In this document: positions 17,933 through 25,908 of the stretch, piece by piece
Position numbering within the stretch: position 1 is the stretch's first letter
Layout: every line of letters begins with the position of its first letter
Origin: Phycisphaerales bacterium
GTDB taxonomy: Bacteria; Planctomycetota; Phycisphaerae; Tepidisphaerales; Tepidisphaeraceae
Length of the DNA stretch: 64,000 nt
Direction: 5' to 3'
Assembly (NCBI GenBank): GCA_025361735.1
Contig: JANYKD010000125.1
Span: forward strand, 136-64,135
Program-made: the position numbers and the translations under genes
Notes under the pieces: model-generated
What the model was told of the DNA's origin: nothing
Seen by the model: only the letters and a program-made list of their open reading frames with translations
Database searches by the model: none

Positions 17933-18689
17933 GGAGTGCCCCCATCAAAGCAGAGTTCGTTACGAAGCCGTCGACAAAACCACGGTAATTGTTGCCTGTA
18001 ACGCTGGCAACGATCTCTGTCTGGATTATCGGTTGATCTCGGGGAACGATGATGCTAACGAGCAGTCGACGCCTAATGCTGTATTGGAATGTGACGACCA
18101 AACCAAAGCCGACATCGGCGGGCTGCGCCTTCCCGATCGCGTACCAGTACGCTGCAAGTTGACGAAGAGCATCCGTCCGGCCTTGCGCCGCGGAAGTCAC
18201 CGTCTTTCTCGCCTTTGACTCAGTTGGCCACCACATGGGGTCATGGTTGACTGTGTGCGGCCACACGATATCAAAGACCTCGCGAACACGAGATCTCGCT
18301 CTCAGGACGTAGTCCGGGGCCTTCCGGCGTGAGAACGCCTTCACCGGGCGGATGTGGGCAATGTCGGCAATGTTCAACTCCAGAACACGTCGTGCCAGGC
18401 ACGCGGTCGCCGCCTCCCCGATGTTACCGGTGACGCCCGCTGCGGCAATCTTGCTGGTCATCATCTCGTAAGGGTGTGGAGCATGCGGATATCCGGCCAC
18501 GACAGGAAGGCTTAGAAGCCGTGGTGTCACGACATATTGATCGTAGTGCTCGCCCATACTGAGAATGTGGTAGACACCAAGCATCTCTGCTTCGTGGTTG
18601 ATTGATGCACAGTCCAGGTATATGCTCCCGAACTGGAGGGGGACACCGTTCACTCCCAATTGCACATCAAGGTCGATCCACATGTGCAT
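17922..18689 (-). CDS. Hypothetical protein with a PD-(D/E)xK-nuclease-like motif set
   Basis: 'GNIGEAATACLARR ... APDYVLRA ... WPTESKAR ... ALRQLAAYWY' follows the E / D / ExK / Q pattern of restriction-endonuclease-fold proteins. Confidence 0.45.
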   Translation of the reverse strand: MHMWIDLDVQLGVNGVPLQFGSIYLDCASINHEAEMLGVYHILSMGEHYDQYVVTPRLLSLPVVAGYPHAPHPYEMMTSKIAAAGVTGNIGEAATACLARRVLELNIADIAHIRPVKAFSRRKAPDYVLRARSRVREVFDIVWPHTVNHDPMWWPTESKARKTVTSAAQGRTDALRQLAAYWYAIGKAQPADVGFGLVVTFQYSIRRRLLVSIIVPRDQPIIQTEIVASVTGNNYRGFVDGFVTNSALMGALHGC

Positions 18690-18745
18690 GCTCCTACGTT
18701 CGGCATTTCACGTCTGGCTGGCTTTCATCCCGACTGCCAAGTCTC

Positions 18746-19462
18746 TTACTTCTTCGCCTTCAGTTTCGCCGCCATCGCCGCAGTTGTCTGGGGCCGCACG
18801 TACAGATCTTCAAACAGCAGCTCAAGCACATCGAGACAGTAATCCGCCTCCTCGGGCGTGACATCAATGATGGTGTTGGCCTGATCGACACTCGGGTGGG
18901 CGCCCCAGTTCCCAATCTTGCGAATGTGATCCAATGCCTCCTGGGTGTTCTTGGTCAACTCCGGTTTCTTGATTGCCTCAGCAATCTCTTCGTGGAGATT
19001 GTGTTTCGATATGCCCAGCTTCTCTCGTATCACATGCTGGAGACATCGCCGACACAGCACTGCGGCTGCCATGGGAGAGAACGGAAGTATTTGGCGAGCT
19101 TCATCGTAGGTCTTCTTGATGTGTGCTTCGAGACCGGTGGGGGCGAGATCCGGCCGAACATCAACTGGCCAAAGCAACTGACCAAACATCATTCCTTCCG
19201 GGAGTACCCGCAATCCGTTCCATCGCTTATCAAGGAATGTGAAGCCAACTGCCAAGCCGCGGCATGATGGACATCGTCCGATCATTGCTCCTTGGGGATG
19301 CGGTTCCGCACTGCTACTCTGGGGTGCATCGAGCAGATCGACGCTTCCGCAGTGCCGGAGAACCACAACTACCCCGCAATGGGGGCAGACCGCCGATACA
19401 TTATTGAAATGGCCTGCTCTTGCAAACGCAGTAGAGAGCGGTGGGGATGTTGGGTGTTTCAT
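18746..19462 (-). CDS. Zn-ribbon plus DUF4145 domain protein
   Basis: 'CPHCG...CPSCRG' forms the Zn ribbon. 'AAAVLCRRCLQHVIREKLG...LHEEIAEAI...ALDHIRKIGNWGAHP' matches the DUF4145 signature. The ATG at 19462 forms an ATGA overlap with the upstream stop. Confidence 0.6.
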   Translation of the reverse strand: MKHPTSPPLSTAFARAGHFNNVSAVCPHCGVVVVLRHCGSVDLLDAPQSSSAEPHPQGAMIGRCPSCRGLAVGFTFLDKRWNGLRVLPEGMMFGQLLWPVDVRPDLAPTGLEAHIKKTYDEARQILPFSPMAAAVLCRRCLQHVIREKLGISKHNLHEEIAEAIKKPELTKNTQEALDHIRKIGNWGAHPSVDQANTIIDVTPEEADYCLDVLELLFEDLYVRPQTTAAMAAKLKAKK

Positions 19463-20040
19463 GATTCCTGCTTGTGACATTCTTTCGGCGAACGGACGTG
19501 CGGCGGGCACGGGAATTCCGTTGTGGTGCCCGACCCAGGCAATACCCAGTCCAACTTCCTAAACGCTTCCTCGGTTACGAAGGCGAGGTCGTCGATGGAT
19601 TGCACGCCCAGCAGCGCGACCGTGGGTGTTCGGCTTTGCGGGTCCGAAGGATAGATCATAACGGTGGCCACGGCCGGCCAATGTTCCCAGTCGACCCAGA
19701 CCATCATGGCGCCGTGGTCGCGAACAGATCCGAGGTTGGCGTTCTTAGGTTTGCGGTCCTCCGGCAGGCCGTTGAGCCCTATTGGTTGCAGGTAGACAGC
19801 CGGGTCATGCAGGGCGGTGACGGCAGAATACAGGATTCGCAGAAATGAAGCCGCCTCTGCCTGGGCAAAAGCTACCGTTGCCGAAGGAGCCTGCTCACCC
19901 CAGAGGGCCGTCCATCCGTATCTAACCACCGTCTCTGCGCCGCGATGGGATGCAATAACCTCAACGTGCCAATTCCCCTCGCCGCGCAAATCAGGCAGGT
20001 CGATCGACCAGCGAAGATTTAGTTCGGGCTTGTCACTCAC
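19459..20040 (-). CDS. Hypothetical protein (193 aa), first gene of the cassette
   Basis: A GTG start is preceded by 'aagggg'. About 200 nt of non-coding sequence lies upstream. Confidence 0.45.
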   Translation of the reverse strand: MSDKPELNLRWSIDLPDLRGEGNWHVEVIASHRGAETVVRYGWTALWGEQAPSATVAFAQAEAASFLRILYSAVTALHDPAVYLQPIGLNGLPEDRKPKNANLGSVRDHGAMMVWVDWEHWPAVATVMIYPSDPQSRTPTVALLGVQSIDDLAFVTEEAFRKLDWVLPGSGTTTEFPCPPHVRSPKECHKQES

Positions 20041-20240
20041 AGGCGACCCCTTTGGCGAATAGATATGCTGCGGCCAGGTGGTGGGGCGGGGGCAGTCAGG
20101 GGCCAGTCGGGGAACGGGGCAAAGAGGATGGGAGCACCGTCCATCAAATCGCTCCGGATTGTTTTCTTGAGCGCCATCTCATGGATCCTCGCAGAACATC
20201 ACACAGGGACGATCGTGCCGCTGACGGCTTTGGCCTTGGC

Positions 20241-23200
20241 TCAAGGCACCTCACCGCTACGGAACCATTTCGTATCCGCGGCCACCTTGTCGGCCAGGTC
20301 CTTGCCTGACAGATACTTCGCCAGCTTTCGGAAATGGCGAACCATCGCCTGCTGGTCGTCCAGTTCGACGTAGGTGATTTCAATCACTTCATAGCCGTGG
20401 CTGCGCAGCCAGGACCGTATCTCCTGATCCCTGGCCGCAGTTGCCGGGTTGCCGTGCAGGGCCGCGCTCATACCGTCGAGGTAGATGCAGACCCCTTTGC
20501 CTTCCGGGTCATCTTCATCGCCAGAAAACCGAACGTCCGGGGTTGTGCTGCCAATCTGGTGGCCGAGGTCAATCTTCTCCTTGAAGCGGATCTGCTGCTG
20601 GAACTGTCCGCTGGTAAAGCCGGCCGCCTCCAGCAGGTGCTTGAGTTTTGTCTCGCCGTCGTTCACCGGCTGCGCGTTCAGGTCATGGTTATGCACAGTC
20701 GGCTGTTGTGCGGGAATCGGATGCAGTTCTGAGATCGCAGCACCGCACTCGTCCAAAATGGTCGCGGCCGCGTGCCGATCCAGATACTGGTGGTAGTAGC
20801 CATTTCTGAAGGTCTGCAAGCAGTCAATGCACGATCGCTCACACGCCGCCGGACAACCCTTCACCAGATCGCCGGCCGCCGCTGTCACCTCAGCAAACCG
20901 ACTGCGAAGCTGGTCCAGTAAACCCGACCCACCGGGCATCGGGTCCCACAGCACGGCATCTACTTCGTCGCGGTCAACGTGGCCGATCACCAGCACCTGC
21001 AAGTCCTCAAGGTGCATATCCAGCACCTGGGTCGCTCCCATCCGAAGGGCTTCCATCAGGCTATAGGCATCTTCACGGCTGGTGCAGCCCTGGAGCATGA
21101 TGCAGTCGGCCACAATATCCGCGAAGAACCCGAGGCGGTCGGGCTTGCGGCCGCAGCGTTCCTCGTGGTTCTCGCCGAAATTTGTCAGTTGCGCCAGCGA
21201 CGCCAATGGCGAAACGCTCTGGCCGCAGACGGAACAGATCGGATAGCCAAGTTCCTGGCTCTGCTCGATAACCGGCGTCGCGCCGACGTTCACCAGCCGC
21301 AGATGCACGCCGCGGCGGAGCAGCAGTTTCCGCGTGCCCCATTTCAGCGCCACGCCGCCGTTGTGCCGGCCCTTTTCTTTGCCGAAGATCGAAACGGGCA
21401 TCTGGAAGCGTGTTTCCTCTTCATCGGAAATCTGGGATTGATGCACCAGATCGACATCGCAGACGGATATCGTGCGGAGCGACAGCGAACCCACGGCCCC
21501 GGCCGCATTGCCAGCGCTCGTCTCTGAAACGGCTTGGCGATCAATGCTCACCTCAAACAGCGGTGTCTCGGCTCGGTCCTCTTCAGCTTCGCGATGAAAT
21601 CGCCGGGCCACAAACCGATGCCCGTTGGCGTAGATCAGGTTTCCAGGCACATACTCGCGCAACGCCAGACTGGTCGGCCGTGGCAACTCAAAATCCATGC
21701 TCCCGAGCTGCCAATACGGCACTTCCGCCATTCCCGTCACACTGCCAGTATCCAGCCCATAGCCGGGCAGGAACCCTTCCACGGCCAGAACGCCGTACGT
21801 GTTGATGTCATCCACGCCTTCCGCTTCCGTGCGCTTCTTGGTTTGCACACCCTTGAGCTTCTTGATGAGCCGGTCGCACCGCCGATAGTGCGCCTCATCC
21901 TCAGCCTCCAAGGTGCCGAACTTGGCGCGCACGGCGTTGAGCCGGGTGATTTCACTATGCGCCCACTGTAGGCGCTTCCGGAGCCGCTTGAGCACGGCAT
22001 CCAGTTCAGTTGCCATCCCATCGACGTGTCGCTCCAGGCTCGCCGTGGCCGTCGCCTCCTGATCGCCGGCCGGCCAGCCCGGCTGAAACACTTCCTGCAC
22101 ATACTTGATCAAGTCCAAGCGGTACTTGCCGACCAGTTGCACGAAGGGGCTCACGTCGAACGGGCCACTGCGAAGATGGCCCGAATCCTCGAACAGGTAA
22201 GACGATATCCGACGAGGGAGCATTTCCTTCAACACGCCGCTGATGGCCTCCGCCTCTACATCGGGCAAGCCCGAGCCTTTGCGGGCAAGCTGAAACAGCC
22301 GGGTGAAGATGGCTGCATGCACATGTTTGGCGACCATCAGGTCGTTGCGAAGATTGAAGGCTGGCGGGTCCACCTTGCCCTCCAGCATTTTCAACGGCTG
22401 GCCGTAGTAGGCCCGATCGTGCGACGCCGTCCGGCAATAGCACAGATCCACCGCCATGCGATGGCGCCGCCCAGCCCGGCCGGCACGCTGCCAGTAGTTT
22501 GCCGGCAGCGGCGGCACATTGCGCATCAGCACCGAATCCAGCGAGCCGATATCCACGCCCAGTTCGAGTGTTGGCGTGCAGACCAGCGTGTTGACCACCT
22601 CGGAAGCGCCCTTGAAGAAGTTCTCAATTCGCTCACGCTGCTCCTGCGGCACCATGGCCGTATGCTCTTCCGGCCGCAGCATCGAGTATCCCTGGTCCAG
22701 CAGTTGCAGGTCATAGTTGTCCAGGTCTTCCGCGATGAACTCCATTTCCCCATCGCACTGCCAGGCCATGCAGAGGTTGTGCGGCGCCCGCCGCGACACC
22801 TTCCGCCGGCAAGTCTTGCAGCGGTAATAGCCGTGGTTCTCGCTCAACCGCACGACGCCCGCGTCAATCTGATAGACCCCGCTGCACTTGGCCAGCGGCT
22901 TGTCCTTGCTGCTCTTGAGCGTCACCGGCACGAGGATTCCCGGAATATCGCTGCGGAGGTAATTCCAGAGAGCGTCGAGGAAACCAGGAATATCCGCATC
23001 GACAACGCCCCATTTCTTGGCGATCTGTCGCACGACCGTGCTCCGCTCGCCCAGCCAGGGCCGCACCAGGTTGCGATCATCGCCTGCATCCACCTTGAGC
23101 TTCATCCCTTGCGGCCCGCCCGGCATCACCGGCAGGTAGCCACGTTGTATTTCGCGGTCGCCATCGTTCCAGTACCGGGTGAATATCTCCCGGTGTGGAT

Positions 23201-25688
23201 CGTGCAACATCCGCTGGCGACGAAGCTGGTCCAGCAGCGTCTCGACGCCTCCCTTGAGGTCTTCCGGGGGCAATCGCAGCTTGTTGGCCCATTTCTGGAT
23301 GAACTCGGACGCCGCATCAAGGCCGGTGTACGTGGCGCGCATACGCCCCCAGGGCTCCAAGCCTCTCTGTTCGTTGGCCGGCGTGGCGATTTCTCGCAAC
23401 ACCTGGATGCGAAGGTAATGCCGCCGTTCATCGGCGTGGGTTCCACCCGAACCCTCCTTGGCCACCACCCGCCAGACTTCCGGGATCAGCGCCCGCGACA
23501 GCGAATCATCGGCATCCAGCATGTCGTCAATCTTCTTGACCATGTCGCCCACCGACACGGCCCCGCCCTTCATCGCGTCGGCCATCAGCCGGCGCAAACG
23601 GAAACGCCGGGCATGGTCTTTCATCCAACCGGCCTGGAATGCCGCATCCTGGCGGTTGTCCGCGAACAGCAACAGCCGCTTTCGCTCGGCATGATGCACC
23701 ATGTCCTGCGCCAGAACATGCACATCTGCCACGTTTACCGCCCGCACCGGACGCATCGGCTCGCGATACCGTCGGCCCATCGGCCGGCCCTTGGCCGTGC
23801 AGGACAGGCAACTGCTCAGGTAGCCGGCATGATCCTTGGATGAGCGCGCCGCATACAGCTTCACCGGCTTGTCCATGCTCCCGCATCCCGGGCACTTGGA
23901 GACTTCCTCGCGGAATGCCGAGCCGCAATGCCGGCAGAAATACATCCCCTCCAGCCGGTCATGGTGCTCCAGATCATCATCGTCATCGAGACAAATGACC
24001 CGATCCACCAGCACGGCGCGCTTGCCGCCGGTGGCCTTGGCCATCGCCTGCCACCAGACGTTGCCGTTGTCATCCAGTTGCCCGCCTTCGGGCTCCTTGC
24101 CGATGAACGTGAAATCCTTGAGCCAGGTCTCAAAGTAGTGCTGGCCGCAGGTCGTGCAGGTCAGAGCGGGCACGCGCCAGGTGCCTTTCTCGCCACACGT
24201 CGCAATCTCATCCTCGCTGCTAAGCCACAGCTTTAGCTCACTGCCCTCTGGGAACGTCACCACAGCGCCGGGAATTCCGCGAACAAACGCATGCACCACC
24301 GGCCGATAGATCGGCCGTCCATCCTTGAATGCTGCTGCCCCCAGCGCCAGGTAGGTGAGCAGTTCCTCTTCCGAAACCGGCCGTTTGACGGATGTCTCCA
24401 ATTCATTCACCAGCAGATCGAGTTGCCTCACGCCGGTCAGCGAAACCCGGATTTGCGCGGCCACTTCATTGCCGGTCAACGCCTCGTGCAACGCTGTCTT
24501 CCACTCTCCGGCTGGCAACTGCGCCCCAGTGAGCTTGGCGTATATGTCGCGAATCTCCGCTTCGGGGCTGGGCAGATCGACGGCAACCAGCGTCCGCTTC
24601 AGCAACTCCACCACAGGCTCGACCGGGGGCTTGGGATTGAGCCTTCCGAGCTTCCACACGTCTTTCTCGTACTCTTCATGCACGCACTCCACGCCGGCGG
24701 CCTCAATCCCGAAGAAGCGCGAAGCGAAGCTTCGGCCGGCATCCGGATCTTTGGCATCCACGATGGTCGCCGAGGTCGCCACGCAGGTCGTCTGCTGGCT
24801 TGTCTTCCCACAGAACCTGCGCAAACGCCGGATCAGGCAGGCCGTCTCTGCCCCGCTGATGCCGGTAAAGGTGTGCGCTTCGTCAAACACCAGATAATCC
24901 AGCCGGGCGTGGTTGAACAGCTCCACATCCACCTGTCGCGTCAACAGCAATTCAAGCTGTTTTACGTTGGTCAGGAGAATTCGCGGCTGACTTCCCGCCG
25001 TCCGCATTACCTCGCGCGAGCAGACCTCTTCCGCTGGATGCACCGCATCCGGCCGGCCCTGTTCGCGGTATTGCGACAGCACCGCCTCATAGTCCGCCCG
25101 GCTTGCCCCGGCTTGCAGGCGATGGCCGGCCACTTCACGCTCGTATTCCGGCGTCTTGCCGATGTACATGCCGAAGGAGACGCCGCTGCCGGCCAGCAGG
25201 CCGCGCAAACGGTCGAGCTGATCTTCAGCCAGGGCGTTCATCGGGTAGACGATCACGGCCGAAATCCCGGCCGGCTCGCCTGCATCCTTGAGTTTCAGAC
25301 ACTGGCTGATGATCGGATAGAGAAAACACTCGGTCTTGCCCGAGCCCGTGCCGGTGGAAACCAGGGTGGTCTTGCCTTGCAGGATGGAGCGTATGGCTTT
25401 CTCCTGGTGGCCATACAGATGGCTCACCCGGCCGCCGATGATGGCCGGCATGTGTGGATGCAGCAGACCTTCACTAACCATTCCGGCTATGGCCGCCCCT
25501 TGTTTGAAGCTACGCGAGAGGCTGATGTACGGCCCTTGCAGCAGCGGGGTATGGCGAACCAGGTCCAGGTTCAGAAGCTCGCGCATCTGCCGATGCAGAC
25601 GGGGGTCGGTGAACGGATAGGCCGTCAACTGATACCGCAGGAAACTGCGGACGACCTTCTCGGTGTACGTAATCGGGTTCAGGGCCAT
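20241..25688 (-). CDS. Giant DEAD/DEAH helicase fused to a DUF1998 (MrfA-type Zn module) and a C-terminal Vsr/DUF559-like endonuclease (DrmA+DrmB-like or DruE-like)
   Basis: Helicase motifs: 'VSTGTGSGKTECF', 'LVFDEAHTF', 'TPTLELGVDIG' and 'YWQRAGRAGRR'. Zn-ribbon inserts: 'CTTCGQ..CRHCGS..CPGCGS'. DUF1998: 'YPICSVCGQS...CPAACERSCIDCL'. Tail: 'TPDVRF...VCIYLDGMSAALHG...RDQEIRSWLRSHGYEVIEI'. The ATG at 25688 follows the SD 'agagg'. Confidence 0.8.
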   Translation of the reverse strand: MALNPITYTEKVVRSFLRYQLTAYPFTDPRLHRQMRELLNLDLVRHTPLLQGPYISLSRSFKQGAAIAGMVSEGLLHPHMPAIIGGRVSHLYGHQEKAIRSILQGKTTLVSTGTGSGKTECFLYPIISQCLKLKDAGEPAGISAVIVYPMNALAEDQLDRLRGLLAGSGVSFGMYIGKTPEYEREVAGHRLQAGASRADYEAVLSQYREQGRPDAVHPAEEVCSREVMRTAGSQPRILLTNVKQLELLLTRQVDVELFNHARLDYLVFDEAHTFTGISGAETACLIRRLRRFCGKTSQQTTCVATSATIVDAKDPDAGRSFASRFFGIEAAGVECVHEEYEKDVWKLGRLNPKPPVEPVVELLKRTLVAVDLPSPEAEIRDIYAKLTGAQLPAGEWKTALHEALTGNEVAAQIRVSLTGVRQLDLLVNELETSVKRPVSEEELLTYLALGAAAFKDGRPIYRPVVHAFVRGIPGAVVTFPEGSELKLWLSSEDEIATCGEKGTWRVPALTCTTCGQHYFETWLKDFTFIGKEPEGGQLDDNGNVWWQAMAKATGGKRAVLVDRVICLDDDDDLEHHDRLEGMYFCRHCGSAFREEVSKCPGCGSMDKPVKLYAARSSKDHAGYLSSCLSCTAKGRPMGRRYREPMRPVRAVNVADVHVLAQDMVHHAERKRLLLFADNRQDAAFQAGWMKDHARRFRLRRLMADAMKGGAVSVGDMVKKIDDMLDADDSLSRALIPEVWRVVAKEGSGGTHADERRHYLRIQVLREIATPANEQRGLEPWGRMRATYTGLDAASEFIQKWANKLRLPPEDLKGGVETLLDQLRRQRMLHDPHREIFTRYWNDGDREIQRGYLPVMPGGPQGMKLKVDAGDDRNLVRPWLGERSTVVRQIAKKWGVVDADIPGFLDALWNYLRSDIPGILVPVTLKSSKDKPLAKCSGVYQIDAGVVRLSENHGYYRCKTCRRKVSRRAPHNLCMAWQCDGEMEFIAEDLDNYDLQLLDQGYSMLRPEEHTAMVPQEQRERIENFFKGASEVVNTLVCTPTLELGVDIGSLDSVLMRNVPPLPANYWQRAGRAGRRHRMAVDLCYCRTASHDRAYYGQPLKMLEGKVDPPAFNLRNDLMVAKHVHAAIFTRLFQLARKGSGLPDVEAEAISGVLKEMLPRRISSYLFEDSGHLRSGPFDVSPFVQLVGKYRLDLIKYVQEVFQPGWPAGDQEATATASLERHVDGMATELDAVLKRLRKRLQWAHSEITRLNAVRAKFGTLEAEDEAHYRRCDRLIKKLKGVQTKKRTEAEGVDDINTYGVLAVEGFLPGYGLDTGSVTGMAEVPYWQLGSMDFELPRPTSLALREYVPGNLIYANGHRFVARRFHREAEEDRAETPLFEVSIDRQAVSETSAGNAAGAVGSLSLRTISVCDVDLVHQSQISDEEETRFQMPVSIFGKEKGRHNGGVALKWGTRKLLLRRGVHLRLVNVGATPVIEQSQELGYPICSVCGQSVSPLASLAQLTNFGENHEERCGRKPDRLGFFADIVADCIMLQGCTSREDAYSLMEALRMGATQVLDMHLEDLQVLVIGHVDRDEVDAVLWDPMPGGSGLLDQLRSRFAEVTAAAGDLVKGCPAACERSCIDCLQTFRNGYYHQYLDRHAAATILDECGAAISELHPIPAQQPTVHNHDLNAQPVNDGETKLKHLLEAAGFTSGQFQQQIRFKEKIDLGHQIGSTTPDVRFSGDEDDPEGKGVCIYLDGMSAALHGNPATAARDQEIRSWLRSHGYEVIEITYVELDDQQAMVRHFRKLAKYLSGKDLADKVAADTKWFRSGEVP

Positions 25689-25696
25689 GTTTGCCT

Positions 25697-25906
25697 CTAT
25701 ATTTTGCTCTCCGGATGAGCCGTTGCGCTCTGCCGCCATCCCGCCAGCACCAAGTCCGCGAGCACCTCATACGCGACGTAGCCCTTCCCATAACGAATCT
25801 GCGTCAGGAAGGAATACTGTTTTACCAATTCCGCGTACGCCGGCCGGAGTTCGTCGGGGAGGCGTTTCTCGGCAGTCTGAAACTTTGGGCTCTGATCGAA
25901 TCCCAT
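25697..25906 (-). CDS. Small hypothetical protein (69 aa) wedged between the methyltransferase and helicase genes
   Basis: The ATG lies 2 nt after the methyltransferase stop. Its own stop is 8 nt before the helicase ATG. Confidence 0.45.
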   Translation of the reverse strand: MGFDQSPKFQTAEKRLPDELRPAYAELVKQYSFLTQIRYGKGYVAYEVLADLVLAGWRQSATAHPESKI

Positions 25907-25908
25907 CA

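Noticed and set aside
22026-25718. Long plus-strand ORFs (605 aa at 22026-23843 and 475 aa at 24291-25718) inside the giant helicase gene
   Set aside because: They are antisense to a gene with a complete set of helicase, DUF1998 and nuclease motifs. Their composition is Arg/Pro/His-rich and they have no start context.
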